DNA of 62,298 bases, counting the filler, from Globobulimina sp. (Eukaryota), in assembly GCA_003354225.1 (NCBI GenBank). It is 28 parts of 28 records of this genome, joined end to end, with 100 filler letters (N's around TTAATTAATTAA, not from the genome) between each part and the next. Parts side by side here need not be neighbours in the genome. Positions count along the whole stretch, not along the records: positions 49,037 to 51,163 come from PIVH01008784.1; positions 51,264 to 53,390 come from PIVH01008785.1; positions 53,491 to 55,617 come from PIVH01008786.1; positions 55,718 to 57,844 come from PIVH01008787.1; positions 57,945 to 60,071 come from PIVH01008788.1; 23 more parts are not named here. One strand, written 5' to 3'. The position numbers and the translations under genes are program-made. Below are positions 50,127 through 60,171 of this stretch, piece after piece. Below the pieces are notes generated by a model. The model was not told the origin of the DNA. It searched no databases and was given only the letters and a program-made list of their open reading frames with translations. Position 1 is the stretch's first letter. The number at the start of each line of letters is the position of its first letter.

Positions 50127-51137
50127 TTAAAGTAAATCTTTAAGAAAGGTATGGCGGAGTTTAATTGAACTAAGATGGTCATGGAATTGTTTATGCCATG
50201 ATGATGAACATAGGTGGCATTTATCATTTTGATTTGCAGCATCAACACAATTTGCTATGGCTTCTTTAAATTGTGTTAATTGGTGTACTAACTCACCATT
50301 TTGTTCAACATATAATTCTCTGTATATTTCGTTTCTTATCAAATCATTTTCTAACGAACCAATTTTCGATTCTAAATCCCATCGCGTATTTCGATAATAA
50401 CATTGTTTCCATTTTTTAAAATACCTCTTCTTTTTTCTCGCTTTATAATATATTTTAAATTTCTTTATACTGTTTAATAATCTCCATTCAATAAAATACG
50501 TTTTTATCCGATCTTTTCTTTGTTTTTCTATTACAATTAACTTATTCATAGCCTGTTGTTTATGTTTTGCTCGTTCTGTTTCCTTCAACAATGCTTGATA
50601 TTTTTGTTTGTAATAATTAGCGTTATCCAAATAAGTCGACAATTTACATAGTTTGGAGAAAGTAGCATTGTTCTGAGTAGTTTGAGTAACATCGAAATTG
50701 CTATCTTTAAATACGTATTTAGCTATTTGGCACGATAAAAACTGTAATAATTGAGAATGTTGAGATATATTATTTGCAATCATGGATAGTAAATCGATAT
50801 ACATTGCAACACGTAATGAATTATCATTGTTTTGCTGGAACTTTGTCATATTATCTGTAGTCGGATTGTCATCTCGCCGCAATTGATCAACATCAGGTAC
50901 AATTGAGTTGAATTCACCATCTCTTTTGTCTCTATCTCTTTGCAGTTTTTTGCAATCCAAGCGCTTCAAGTCTAGATCAGCAATCTTGATTTTTGCAAAT
51001 TCGTCCAATGAATGAAGCTTTTCTTTCTTATCTTTAATATATTTATTCATCCATTGTGATGTGTCATTATTATTGCTGTCCAGAGATGGCTGATCATGAG
51101 ATGCAAAGTTCTTGCGTTTCTCATTATATTTCTTCAT
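50127..51137 (-). CDS. Coiled-coil hypothetical protein
   Basis: 336-aa ORF with YFIEW/YFKKW Sfi1-like helices. Confidence 0.55.
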   Translation of the reverse strand: MKKYNEKRKNFASHDQPSLDSNNNDTSQWMNKYIKDKKEKLHSLDEFAKIKIADLDLKRLDCKKLQRDRDKRDGEFNSIVPDVDQLRRDDNPTTDNMTKFQQNNDNSLRVAMYIDLLSMIANNISQHSQLLQFLSCQIAKYVFKDSNFDVTQTTQNNATFSKLCKLSTYLDNANYYKQKYQALLKETERAKHKQQAMNKLIVIEKQRKDRIKTYFIEWRLLNSIKKFKIYYKARKKKRYFKKWKQCYYRNTRWDLESKIGSLENDLIRNEIYRELYVEQNGELVHQLTQFKEAIANCVDAANQNDKCHLCSSSWHKQFHDHLSSIKLRHTFLKDLL

Positions 51138-51263
51138 TTGTAGCGTTGAAGATCTGTACTTTGNNNNNNNNNNNNNNNNNNNNNNNNNNNNNNNNNNNNN
51201 NNNNNNNTTAATTAATTAANNNNNNNNNNNNNNNNNNNNNNNNNNNNNNNNNNNNNNNNNNNN

Positions 51264-52700
51264 AAAGATGAGAATATGAATATTTATTGTATTAATAGTT
51301 TGCTATATACATTGCTTTGTAATGGATATTATCAACAAACTCTGCAATTTTATATGGAATATGATGCATTTATTGATTATCGATCTCATGTTTGTGCAAT
51401 TAAAGCATGCATCGCTCTGAAAAATATGGAAAAGGGATATGAAATTATCGAAAATAACATTATGAATGAAAATAATGATAATATTGAAACAAAAAATGTG
51501 TTAATTGAATATTATGGACATTTTGGTGATATTAACAAAGCATTACAAATATTTAATTGTATGCTAAATGTGGATGCGACCACAGTGTCTGCATTAATGT
51601 CTGCTTTTATTCAGAATGGATGTCATGGAAAATCATTGCAATTATATGAGAAATATTATGCATTAAATGATGATAAATGTCATGCATTAGCACTTAAATC
51701 ATGTGCGAGTTTGACAGATTTTGAAAAAGGACGCACAATTATTTATCAACATAAGTTATTGAACTCAAATAATATGCAAATTAAAAAATCATTGATTGGT
51801 TTTTATGCCAAGTGTGACGACATTGAGAATGCAGCAGTAATATTTGATGGTATAAATAATGCAGATATCGAGAGTTTTAATTGTATGATGAATGGATACA
51901 TAGAGTGTAATATGTATTATGAATGCATTAATTTGTTTAATTCAATAAATGCATACAATTTAAAATATGATTTGTCATCGTTTATAATAGGTATTAAAGC
52001 ATGCAGTGAAGGCAGATTATTACAGAATGGACAACGAATTCATAATCAATTGAAAAGATATAAAAATAAATGGATGTTGCATGATATGTCAATACAAATT
52101 AATTTAATAAATATGTATGCAAAATGTGGTAAAATTAATGAATGCGAACAAATATTTGATGATATTAAAAGTGAAGAAAATGATAAATATCGGAATGATA
52201 TTCTTATTTGGAATACAATGATATGTGCATATGGGTGGAATGGAGATTTATTTAAAGTTAAACATATTTATGATTTATTGATGGAAATTGGTGTCATTCC
52301 AAATATAAAAACTTATGTGTCATTAATTACAGCGTGTAGTGATTGTGGTGATATTGTTTTTGTGCAAAAAATATGGAATAACGAGATTGATGATACTATA
52401 AAATATGATGAGGATATAATGAGCGCACTGATTGATGCAATGACAAGAAAAGGATATTTAAAAAGAGCAATGCAATTGTTATTGAAACATGATTCAAACT
52501 GTTGTGCACTGTATATATCACTGCTAAATGGATGCAAAACACATAGAAATGGTGAGCTTGCTGAGAATGTTTACAATGAAATTATTAATCGTTTTGGTGA
52601 GGATGGAAGAGTTATGCTTCAAACAAAATCAAAGGTTTCAAACAAAATCTATCATAACAGACCACCGGTATCATTCGACAAACATGAATCTGAATGTTGA
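51264..52700 (+). CDS. Pentatricopeptide-repeat protein, PLS-like (5' partial)
   Basis: LIEYYGHFG, LIGFYAKC, LINMYAKCG, IWNTMICAYG and TYVSLITACS repeats; LLNGCKTH.NGELAE resembles the start of an E domain. Confidence 0.88.
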   Translation, partial: KDENMNIYCINSLLYTLLCNGYYQQTLQFYMEYDAFIDYRSHVCAIKACIALKNMEKGYEIIENNIMNENNDNIETKNVLIEYYGHFGDINKALQIFNCMLNVDATTVSALMSAFIQNGCHGKSLQLYEKYYALNDDKCHALALKSCASLTDFEKGRTIIYQHKLLNSNNMQIKKSLIGFYAKCDDIENAAVIFDGINNADIESFNCMMNGYIECNMYYECINLFNSINAYNLKYDLSSFIIGIKACSEGRLLQNGQRIHNQLKRYKNKWMLHDMSIQINLINMYAKCGKINECEQIFDDIKSEENDKYRNDILIWNTMICAYGWNGDLFKVKHIYDLLMEIGVIPNIKTYVSLITACSDCGDIVFVQKIWNNEIDDTIKYDEDIMSALIDAMTRKGYLKRAMQLLLKHDSNCCALYISLLNGCKTHRNGELAENVYNEIINRFGEDGRVMLQTKSKVSNKIYHNRPPVSFDKHESEC

Positions 52701-52711
52701 AACTGAAACAG

Positions 52712-53390
52712 TTACAATTCTTGCTTTTGTGGCCTCCATTGGCTTTCGTCTTTATACACAATTTCGCCATCAACAACAGTCAAAATTGATTTATTTGAAA
52801 CAATTGCTCTTTTACAAAGTCCTCATGAAATATGTCCGTATTAAGCACAATAAAATCTGCCAAATAACCAACATCAATTTTGCCTTTATCATTCTCCATA
52901 AATTCCGCAAATGCAGAACCTACGGTGTATGTATATAATAAGTGCATCAATTAAAGATATACTTTCTTCTCCTTTCGATGTTAAATGATTTAAAGAGAAA
53001 TAAATATCAATCCATGGATTAATTAATTGATTATCTGAACCAAATGCAAAGTTTATATTCTTGTTTAACACTGATTTAAATGGTTGTAAATGATCAGTAC
53101 GGGATGTATTAACACCCCATCTCCTCTCAAATAATAATGGCAACGATGTATGAGTTGGATTCTGAACAATAATTATATTAAATTCTGATATAACATCTAA
53201 ATATTCATATACAGAGTCTCCATGTTCAATACGTAATCGTTTATCTTTCAATTCTTCATTTTCTTGGCAATTTAGTAATGTTTCAAAGAATATTTCTGTT
53301 GATTTATCCCCGACAATATGTATTAACAATTGATTAATATTATTAATTTCAATTTCTTTCTCAAATATTTCTTTTAATTTGTGAACATTT
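52712..53390 (-). pseudogene. Amidohydrolase-3 (YtcJ/NfdA-like) C-terminal part with two frameshifts
   Basis: HIVGD, RIEHG and FGSD in one frame. YTVGSAFAEF..KG.I.VG.LADFIVL follows a shift at about 52930, and SILTVVDGEIVY follows a second shift at about 52790. Confidence 0.75.
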
Positions 53391-53674
53391 NNNNNNNNNN
53401 NNNNNNNNNNNNNNNNNNNNNNNNNNNNNNNNNNTTAATTAATTAANNNNNNNNNNNNNNNNNNNNNNNNNNNNNNNNNNNNNNNNNNNNCTTTGACCTG
53501 GAATAATAATATTAAATTATAATTCTCATCTTGCAATCGTGCAGGTTGTGCTTCTAAATGTTGTAATTGATGGTTAAATGCATTGATTTTTCGCCCTAAA
53601 GCTGATAAGTTGGCTTCATCGGATGCCATGATTCTTTGAAAGGTGCAAGAAGATTAACAAGTAACTAGTTAGAA

Positions 53675-54589
53675 TTACATAACCAAACATTCATCATCAG
53701 CTTTTAAAAAAACATTATCATTATGTTCCTGCAATAGTGATTGCTGTGAGTTTACAATAAAATCATTTTTAATCAAAAGATTATTTTCCTTCAAATATTT
53801 TGTAATCTTTCCTCTTATCCAATGATCCCATTTTCTCCAATTAATATCCTGTCGATATGCTTCAATTTGTAATGTTCTTACATTAAATTTTTCCTTTACA
53901 ACTTCATCAATTACCCATATATTTTCTTCTTGCAAGTTTCTAAAAACTGTAGTTACTGTCATTGCAAATAAATCGATTGATGATAACATTCGTGATTTGG
54001 TACGCTTTTTTGGTGGTTCTTTTGGTATTGGCAATGCACCAGATTCCAACCCTTGTTTTGCTAATTTATCGGCGAGTTCATCACTTTGATGAATTAACAT
54101 TCTTAAACCTTTCACCCATTTCCCAGTCAAATTCAAATTTGATTCAAAGTCTAATATTATTTTATCACAAACTATACTAAAACAGCGCTGTGGATCGAGA
54201 TAAGGATACATTTCATGTCTTTGTACAAATAAAGGTGACCAATGTCCCCAGGCAATATACTTTATGTCATTGATATTGATAGACATTTTGGGTGAACATT
54301 TGACTTGTTTTGGTTGATTAATATTATCAAATTCAATCCAAATACATGTAGCAGAGAAGTTAGATCTATCACTAAAGAATTGAAATATTTCTCCATATTT
54401 TGTAAATTTAATAATGTCCATTAGTAATGGATCAAAATAGAAATTAAAAATTGTGTTATAAATATCAGTATGCAGTAACATATTATATTCCCTTTGTTTT
54501 ACGTTTAAATAATGTAATAAAATTAGTTTTGATTGATTTTTCATTGATTCATCCAAATGATCTAATACATAATATATAATCATGACCAA
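53675..54589 (-). CDS. PLC-type PH-domain protein ending in CAAX (CLVM)
   Basis: INDIKYIAWG..SPLF, RCFSIV..LDFE..KWVKGL. Confidence 0.7.
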   Translation of the reverse strand: MVMIIYYVLDHLDESMKNQSKLILLHYLNVKQREYNMLLHTDIYNTIFNFYFDPLLMDIIKFTKYGEIFQFFSDRSNFSATCIWIEFDNINQPKQVKCSPKMSININDIKYIAWGHWSPLFVQRHEMYPYLDPQRCFSIVCDKIILDFESNLNLTGKWVKGLRMLIHQSDELADKLAKQGLESGALPIPKEPPKKRTKSRMLSSIDLFAMTVTTVFRNLQEENIWVIDEVVKEKFNVRTLQIEAYRQDINWRKWDHWIRGKITKYLKENNLLIKNDFIVNSQQSLLQEHNDNVFLKADDECLVM

Positions 54590-54667
54590 CTAATACCATC
54601 ATTTTCCAAAGTATGTTTAGTGTGTTTAGTTGCCATTGTTCGGAAGTTTTTGTTGTAAGCTGAAGTG

Positions 54668-55297
54668 ATGGAGGTTTTAATTGTTAATGGCTACATACGG
54701 CAAGTTCAAAAAACAATTAAACCCAAAATAATCCCAATATCCATTATTCAAATTTGTTATAATTATTATGCCGAATATTATAAAAATATTGTAGACACAT
54801 TCAAAACAGCTCATTATGCGATTACAATCTCAAACAATGGGAAAACTGTTACAAGCAAAGGTAGTGGCTATGGTTATGGCAATGCATATGGAAGTATAGG
54901 AATTGAGACAAGCAGCACAAATAAATATAAATGGAGGTTGACATGTACGCAAAGGAGTTGTTCAATGTGCATTGGTATTCAATCAAACAGGAATGTTGAT
55001 GCTTATTTGGGAGAGATAGACTATGGATATGATGGATATGGTAAGAAATACAATTTAGGGAAATCTGAACAATATGGAATTAAATGGGGTGCCGGTGATG
55101 TAATTGAGATGAGAGTTGATTTTGAAAATCAAGAAATGAGATATTCGGTAAATGGGAGTGATCAAGGAATTGCTTTTAGGAATATACGGTTGAGAAAAAC
55201 ATATTATTTGGTTGTTTGTATGCATACGCAGTATAAAGGAGAGAGCATTTTTTTAAACGATTTGAATGAAAATAAACCACAATGTATAATTATATAA
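54668..55297 (+). CDS. SPRY-domain protein ending in CAAX (CIII)
   Basis: YKWRL, CIGI, YGIKWGAGDVIEMRVDF and VNGSDQGIAF. Confidence 0.8.
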   Translation: MEVLIVNGYIRQVQKTIKPKIIPISIIQICYNYYAEYYKNIVDTFKTAHYAITISNNGKTVTSKGSGYGYGNAYGSIGIETSSTNKYKWRLTCTQRSCSMCIGIQSNRNVDAYLGEIDYGYDGYGKKYNLGKSEQYGIKWGAGDVIEMRVDFENQEMRYSVNGSDQGIAFRNIRLRKTYYLVVCMHTQYKGESIFLNDLNENKPQCIII

Positions 55298-55928
55298 TCT
55301 GTAATAAAAATTCAGTTTATAGGAAAATAAGACATACAGAAATTCATGGTTTCAAAAGTATACTGTTTAATTTTATCCCCATAGAGAGTAGTATACGTAG
55401 TGTATGTAGCTATAGCTAGGCAGTCTTTTGTTTATTAGAACAAATTCTTCAAACAAATAAAAAAACGGAGATATTTGGTATGTATATTAATATGGACTTT
55501 TTGTATGGTTTGCGTGGGAGTTGGGAGCTGAAAATTGTCTCATTTAAAAGCCAGGAGGTTCTATGTCATGGTCGTAAATATCCGGAAAAGCGCGAGTTTG
55601 GGTGATTTTGAGGTGGTNNNNNNNNNNNNNNNNNNNNNNNNNNNNNNNNNNNNNNNNNNNNTTAATTAATTAANNNNNNNNNNNNNNNNNNNNNNNNNNN
55701 NNNNNNNNNNNNNNNNNAATATGGGGTATTAAATTGTAAATAATATGGCATTGATATCGCAAATATTATAGCATCGATATCACCAAATAATAGCATCAAT
55801 ATCGCAAAATATAATTATAATACCATTGCTTCTTCAAACCGTGGTGGTTTACATCACCACCTTTCATTTTTTTCTATTCAAATTCATCCATTCCATAAAA
55901 TCCATTCAAATTCATACATAATGATTTG

Positions 55929-55998
55929 CTGTCGCCACAGAATTTGAACCTGTATCTTCTGGATCGATCCAGTGCTCTGCCAATTGAGCTAGGCGACC
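55929..55998 (-). pseudogene. tRNA-like gene with a 4-nt anticodon loop
   Basis: GGTCGCC TA GCTC AATTGGCA GAGC A CTGGA TCGA TCCAG AAGAT ACAGG TTCAAAT TCTGT GGCGACA G folds as a cloverleaf with A and B boxes but has no anticodon triplet. Confidence 0.8.
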
Positions 55999-56692
55999 TT
56001 CCATATGACTTCCGAATGCTTTTTACTTGATTTCAAAAAAAGTCGATTCTTGAAAAAAGTAAATCAGATATATCATATATATAAAACTCGGAGGGATAAA
56101 TCCGAAGTACTGCCAAAATATGGTCCTCCCAACAATAGGGTAACAGTCTTACTAACTGGGGGCTATCCATGCAAAATGTTAACAAACTAACTTTTCTCAT
56201 GACAAGTACACACAACAACAAAACGAATAAAGTAATGTACACGCAAATAGGTATAACAATAAAGTAATATTATACAACAATATAAAAAAATAAAATAATG
56301 TCTTGTTTATATGATCCATCCGCGAATTATTTTACCGTTTAAATCTCTTTCTGCGCAACGAAGTGATGGATGTGGTGATGAAATGTCATGAAACATATCA
56401 CGTACAATATTCTTTACAGTCAATGATAATAAATCATCATAATAAAAATTATACTTTTCATGATTAAACAAAATTATTTTTATGGTTGGCATTGCTTTTG
56501 TTTTATAATATATATAACTTGTCGGAGGATCTTGTCGGAGGATGGAATATGTAATTCTGTTATAAATATTATTTGTTTTAATGATTGATTTTGAATGCTT
56601 GTTTGGGTACATTCATTGCATTTTTGTTGATATTGAAAGGATGAAAAGATGTGTTTCTGCATATTTTCAGAACAAGAATATATAATTAATAG

Positions 56693-57192
56693 TTATCGAA
56701 TGGTGACAAGCAGATGTTGTATAGCATAAAAATCCACATTATTATCTTTTGCCAAGTTCATAAATGCTTCTTTCCTTTGAATAGCATTTGTAAATCCCAA
56801 TTCCTTTCTAATTTTATCATCATTCACATTCGGCGGATGCATAAATTTAGCCAACCCACAATAATCACATTTGCAGCATTTGCAACAACAAAATAAATAC
56901 TCCACAACAAAATAAATATAGCCGCTACATTGAATATAAACTCATAACTCACCGTGTCATCTTTTGTTGGAGGCTTCACCCCAACACATCGCAGCATATC
57001 CCTCCAGAAATCAATCCATTTAACTTTATCCCCATCAGTCACAAAATATATATTGCCACCAACACCTTTCACACAGCATAAATGCATCGCTTTTACCAAA
57101 TTATCAATATGCACTGTCGAGGTATAATAATTTCCGCCATCAATCCATTTAAATAAACCCAACTTACATTTCGTAACAAACATTAGCACCAC
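56693..57192 (-). pseudogene. 3-beta-HSD / NAD-dependent epimerase C-terminal fragment, frameshifted
   Basis: WIDGG..TSTVHIDNLV..GNIYFVTDG; DDKIRKELGF is in another frame; no N-terminal Rossmann fold upstream. Confidence 0.6.
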
Positions 57193-57270
57193 AAAATATT
57201 ATACCCCATAAGTTTATCAATAGTATTTATATATCTACGATTGTGCGATGATGTCATAATAATATGTAAT

Positions 57271-57490
57271 AACATTTGACTTTTTAGGCTTAAACTTCTA
57301 AACACTTCTTTTGTGATTGGCAAGGTTTTTGGGTTAGCCAGAGTGGTTTTCAACCTAGTATTCGAAGTTGACCTAGTATTCGAATCCTAGTATTCAAAGT
57401 TGAAAACCACTCTAGATAACCCAAAAACCTTGCCAATCACATTATCACAAAAGAAGTGTTTAGAAGTTTAAGCCTAAAAAGTCAATTGTT
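57271..57490. mobile_element. 220-bp palindromic MITE-like element
   Basis: Arms 57271-57354 and 57399-57490 are near-perfect inverted repeats (a few mismatches and one 8-nt insertion). The core holds three CCTAGTATTC(G/A)AA units. Confidence 0.8.
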
Positions 57491-58279
57491 TGCAGCTTCT
57501 TCTTTAGGCTCTGTATACTTTAGAATATGACCTGTTTGAAACACATTGTTTTTAAAATTACAGTTTGAATTCAAAACATTTCGTTATCAGTGGCATTTGA
57601 CACAGTGCCACGGTGTAAATTGGATGATTTGGGAGAGATTTGTTGTGCCGTTACACTGATAACGCCGCTAAATCTGCAACGACATCATCACAAATCTCCC
57701 ATAATGCATCCAATTCAGATGCTGCGGACCCGCGCAAATCTGATGCGACACCGCCCAAACCACCCTCGAATACGGCTCAATTACACGGCGGTAATGAGCC
57801 AAATACTGCCTTAAATGCCGCTAACTCTGATGCGGCGTCGCCTANNNNNNNNNNNNNNNNNNNNNNNNNNNNNNNNNNNNNNNNNNNNTTAATTAATTAA
57901 NNNNNNNNNNNNNNNNNNNNNNNNNNNNNNNNNNNNNNNNNNNNTACGAAAATAATCAATGAGATTCATATTTAGGATCGCCAATCTAAAAGACAAGTGT
58001 AGACATTGGAGACATGAAATGTAACGGTCTCGAAAATCACTTAGTTGGCCAAAGTCAATTCTACAGTATCCTGGTATATCATTACGTGATAAAGCCGAGA
58101 TATGTAAAATATTTGAAAATGTCACAGTGACACAGCAATAACAAATACATTCATCTGATTTTCAGTGTGTCAATTGAATGACGTAAGTTGTTAATATGGT
58201 AATATTAACAGAATAAAATACCATAATATGACTATCACAACATGTCCATAAAAGCAAAAAGTTTTTTAGTTTGAGTTAG

Positions 58280-59800
58280 ATGGCCTCGTTTGCAGTTTCG
58301 TGTCATCACTGGCAGTCGGAAGGAATCAATCCATTAAAGCAATTGTTTGAAGAAAACCATAAGTTAAATATTAAATGGTACAATAAATTGATTGAAGAAG
58401 ATATCGATTGGGATGATTTAATAAAAGGTTCAGAAAAGAATTTAAGAGAAATGTTAAAAGAGGATTGTCAATTTAAAGGAAAAGCTATTTTACGAATTAT
58501 AAATGCGATGAGCGAAATAAGTGAATCACGAATCTATAAAGATTTAAATGCTGTGAAAGTATCAGTTATCTCAAGTGAAGAAAGTAAGGCAATGGAAAAT
58601 ATCCAAGCAATAAGTGCTGTGACTAAGGAAATAATTAAAAATATAAGAAATACGATGCAATCATTAAATGTAAATTCAAAATTATCTGAAAATATAATAA
58701 ATAATAATTGTGATGGATTAATAAAAATTATTAACCAAAGAAGAGAGAAATTATTGAGAAAATTGCAAAGAATGACAGAGTTAAAACATAATAAATTATT
58801 AAATCAGCAAAATAGTTTAACTCAACAAGTACAAACATTTGATGGCTTTTATCAGAAAATGCAGACAATGGTTAAAGACACAACGATGCATTCAGAAAAA
58901 AGGAAAATTAAAATATTATCACAAACAAAGGAAATATTACAAAATTATAAACAAAACGAGAAGGATTTAATATTAGTGACAAATGATACCATTCATATTG
59001 AAATGGATATGAATATGAAGAATATCACCCATTTATTATCAACAATTGGTGCTATTTATGATGGAACGGGTGCATTGCCGCCAATTATTCACATTAAAAA
59101 AGTAAAACAAAATGCAGCAATAATAAGTATTGAAAAGAATGATGAGGAAAAAGAACCTAAAGCAGTGGCAGTGGCAGTAGTGACGCAATGGGATTGTCCC
59201 AAATGTTCAACCACCAACGAGATGGCGTATACTTTTTGTCCAAAATGTGGCTGTAATCAGATTCAATGGAAGGCAGTGGCTAAGAAAAAGGAGGAGGAGA
59301 AAGTGGAGGTGGCACCGGTGGACAATGTGATATTGTTGAAGAAGATGAGTGTGATCAATGACGGGACGTATAGCTGCGGCGAAAAGCGCCAAACCGGATG
59401 GATTGTAAAGAATATTAGTAAGCGGAGGATCAATGTTAAAGGCAAATTGGTTAAATTTGCGGGGAGTAACGATGTTGTGTTAAACTATGATGATATGATC
59501 CAATTTGATATGAAGGCTGGGGATGAGATGTTTGTTATGATTCAAGTAAAGGCACCTTTGATGCCCAAGCAATATCATATTTTTTGTCAATTATTGAATG
59601 ATGAGAATAAGCAAAGAATTTGTGAGGTGTTATCGATGCCAGTTGTTGTAAAATCTGAGTTTGGTGATAAAAAAGAAGAAATAATTAGGCAGATTGGAGA
59701 AATGGGCTTTTTGGATCGGGAGAAGATTGTGGTTGCCTTAAAAAAATGGAATTGGGATCTGTTAAAAGCCATTAATTGGTTGGCTACGCATAAAGTATAA
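58280..59800 (+). CDS. NBR1-like mosaic: SAM-like, coiled coil, RanBP2 zinc finger, FW-like, UBA
   Basis: WDCPKCSTTN..CPKC; WIVKN..AGDE..VKAP..Y (FW-like); EMGFLDRE..AL..DL.KAINWL (UBA). Confidence 0.7.
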   Translation: MASFAVSCHHWQSEGINPLKQLFEENHKLNIKWYNKLIEEDIDWDDLIKGSEKNLREMLKEDCQFKGKAILRIINAMSEISESRIYKDLNAVKVSVISSEESKAMENIQAISAVTKEIIKNIRNTMQSLNVNSKLSENIINNNCDGLIKIINQRREKLLRKLQRMTELKHNKLLNQQNSLTQQVQTFDGFYQKMQTMVKDTTMHSEKRKIKILSQTKEILQNYKQNEKDLILVTNDTIHIEMDMNMKNITHLLSTIGAIYDGTGALPPIIHIKKVKQNAAIISIEKNDEEKEPKAVAVAVVTQWDCPKCSTTNEMAYTFCPKCGCNQIQWKAVAKKKEEEKVEVAPVDNVILLKKMSVINDGTYSCGEKRQTGWIVKNISKRRINVKGKLVKFAGSNDVVLNYDDMIQFDMKAGDEMFVMIQVKAPLMPKQYHIFCQLLNDENKQRICEVLSMPVVVKSEFGDKKEEIIRQIGEMGFLDREKIVVALKKWNWDLLKAINWLATHKV

Positions 59801-60171
59801 TTATTAGTTAATTATAAATTATGTTGTTTGTGTTTGAATAATTTCTACTTTGTAGTGTCTGGATTTACATTATGTTTGAGAATTCGCATCAAATGCATTA
59901 GGTTTCATATGTATCCTTGCACTTTAGTTGTCACTAGCTCACTTCAAGAAAATCTTAAAATCATTTTCTTTGAGTTTTGAAGACACGTTCAAATAACACA
60001 AAAAACTGTGTTTTCGGAAACACGTTACTTATCCGAGAAAAAAAAATTGACCATCAATACAATGCTTTATGNNNNNNNNNNNNNNNNNNNNNNNNNNNNN
60101 NNNNNNNNNNNNNNNTTAATTAATTAANNNNNNNNNNNNNNNNNNNNNNNNNNNNNNNNNNNNNNNNNNNN

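Noticed and set aside
52528..52938. 136-aa plus-strand ORF with a hydrophobic stretch
   Set aside because: It overlaps the PPR end in another frame and is antisense to the amidohydrolase pseudogene, which explains the sequence.
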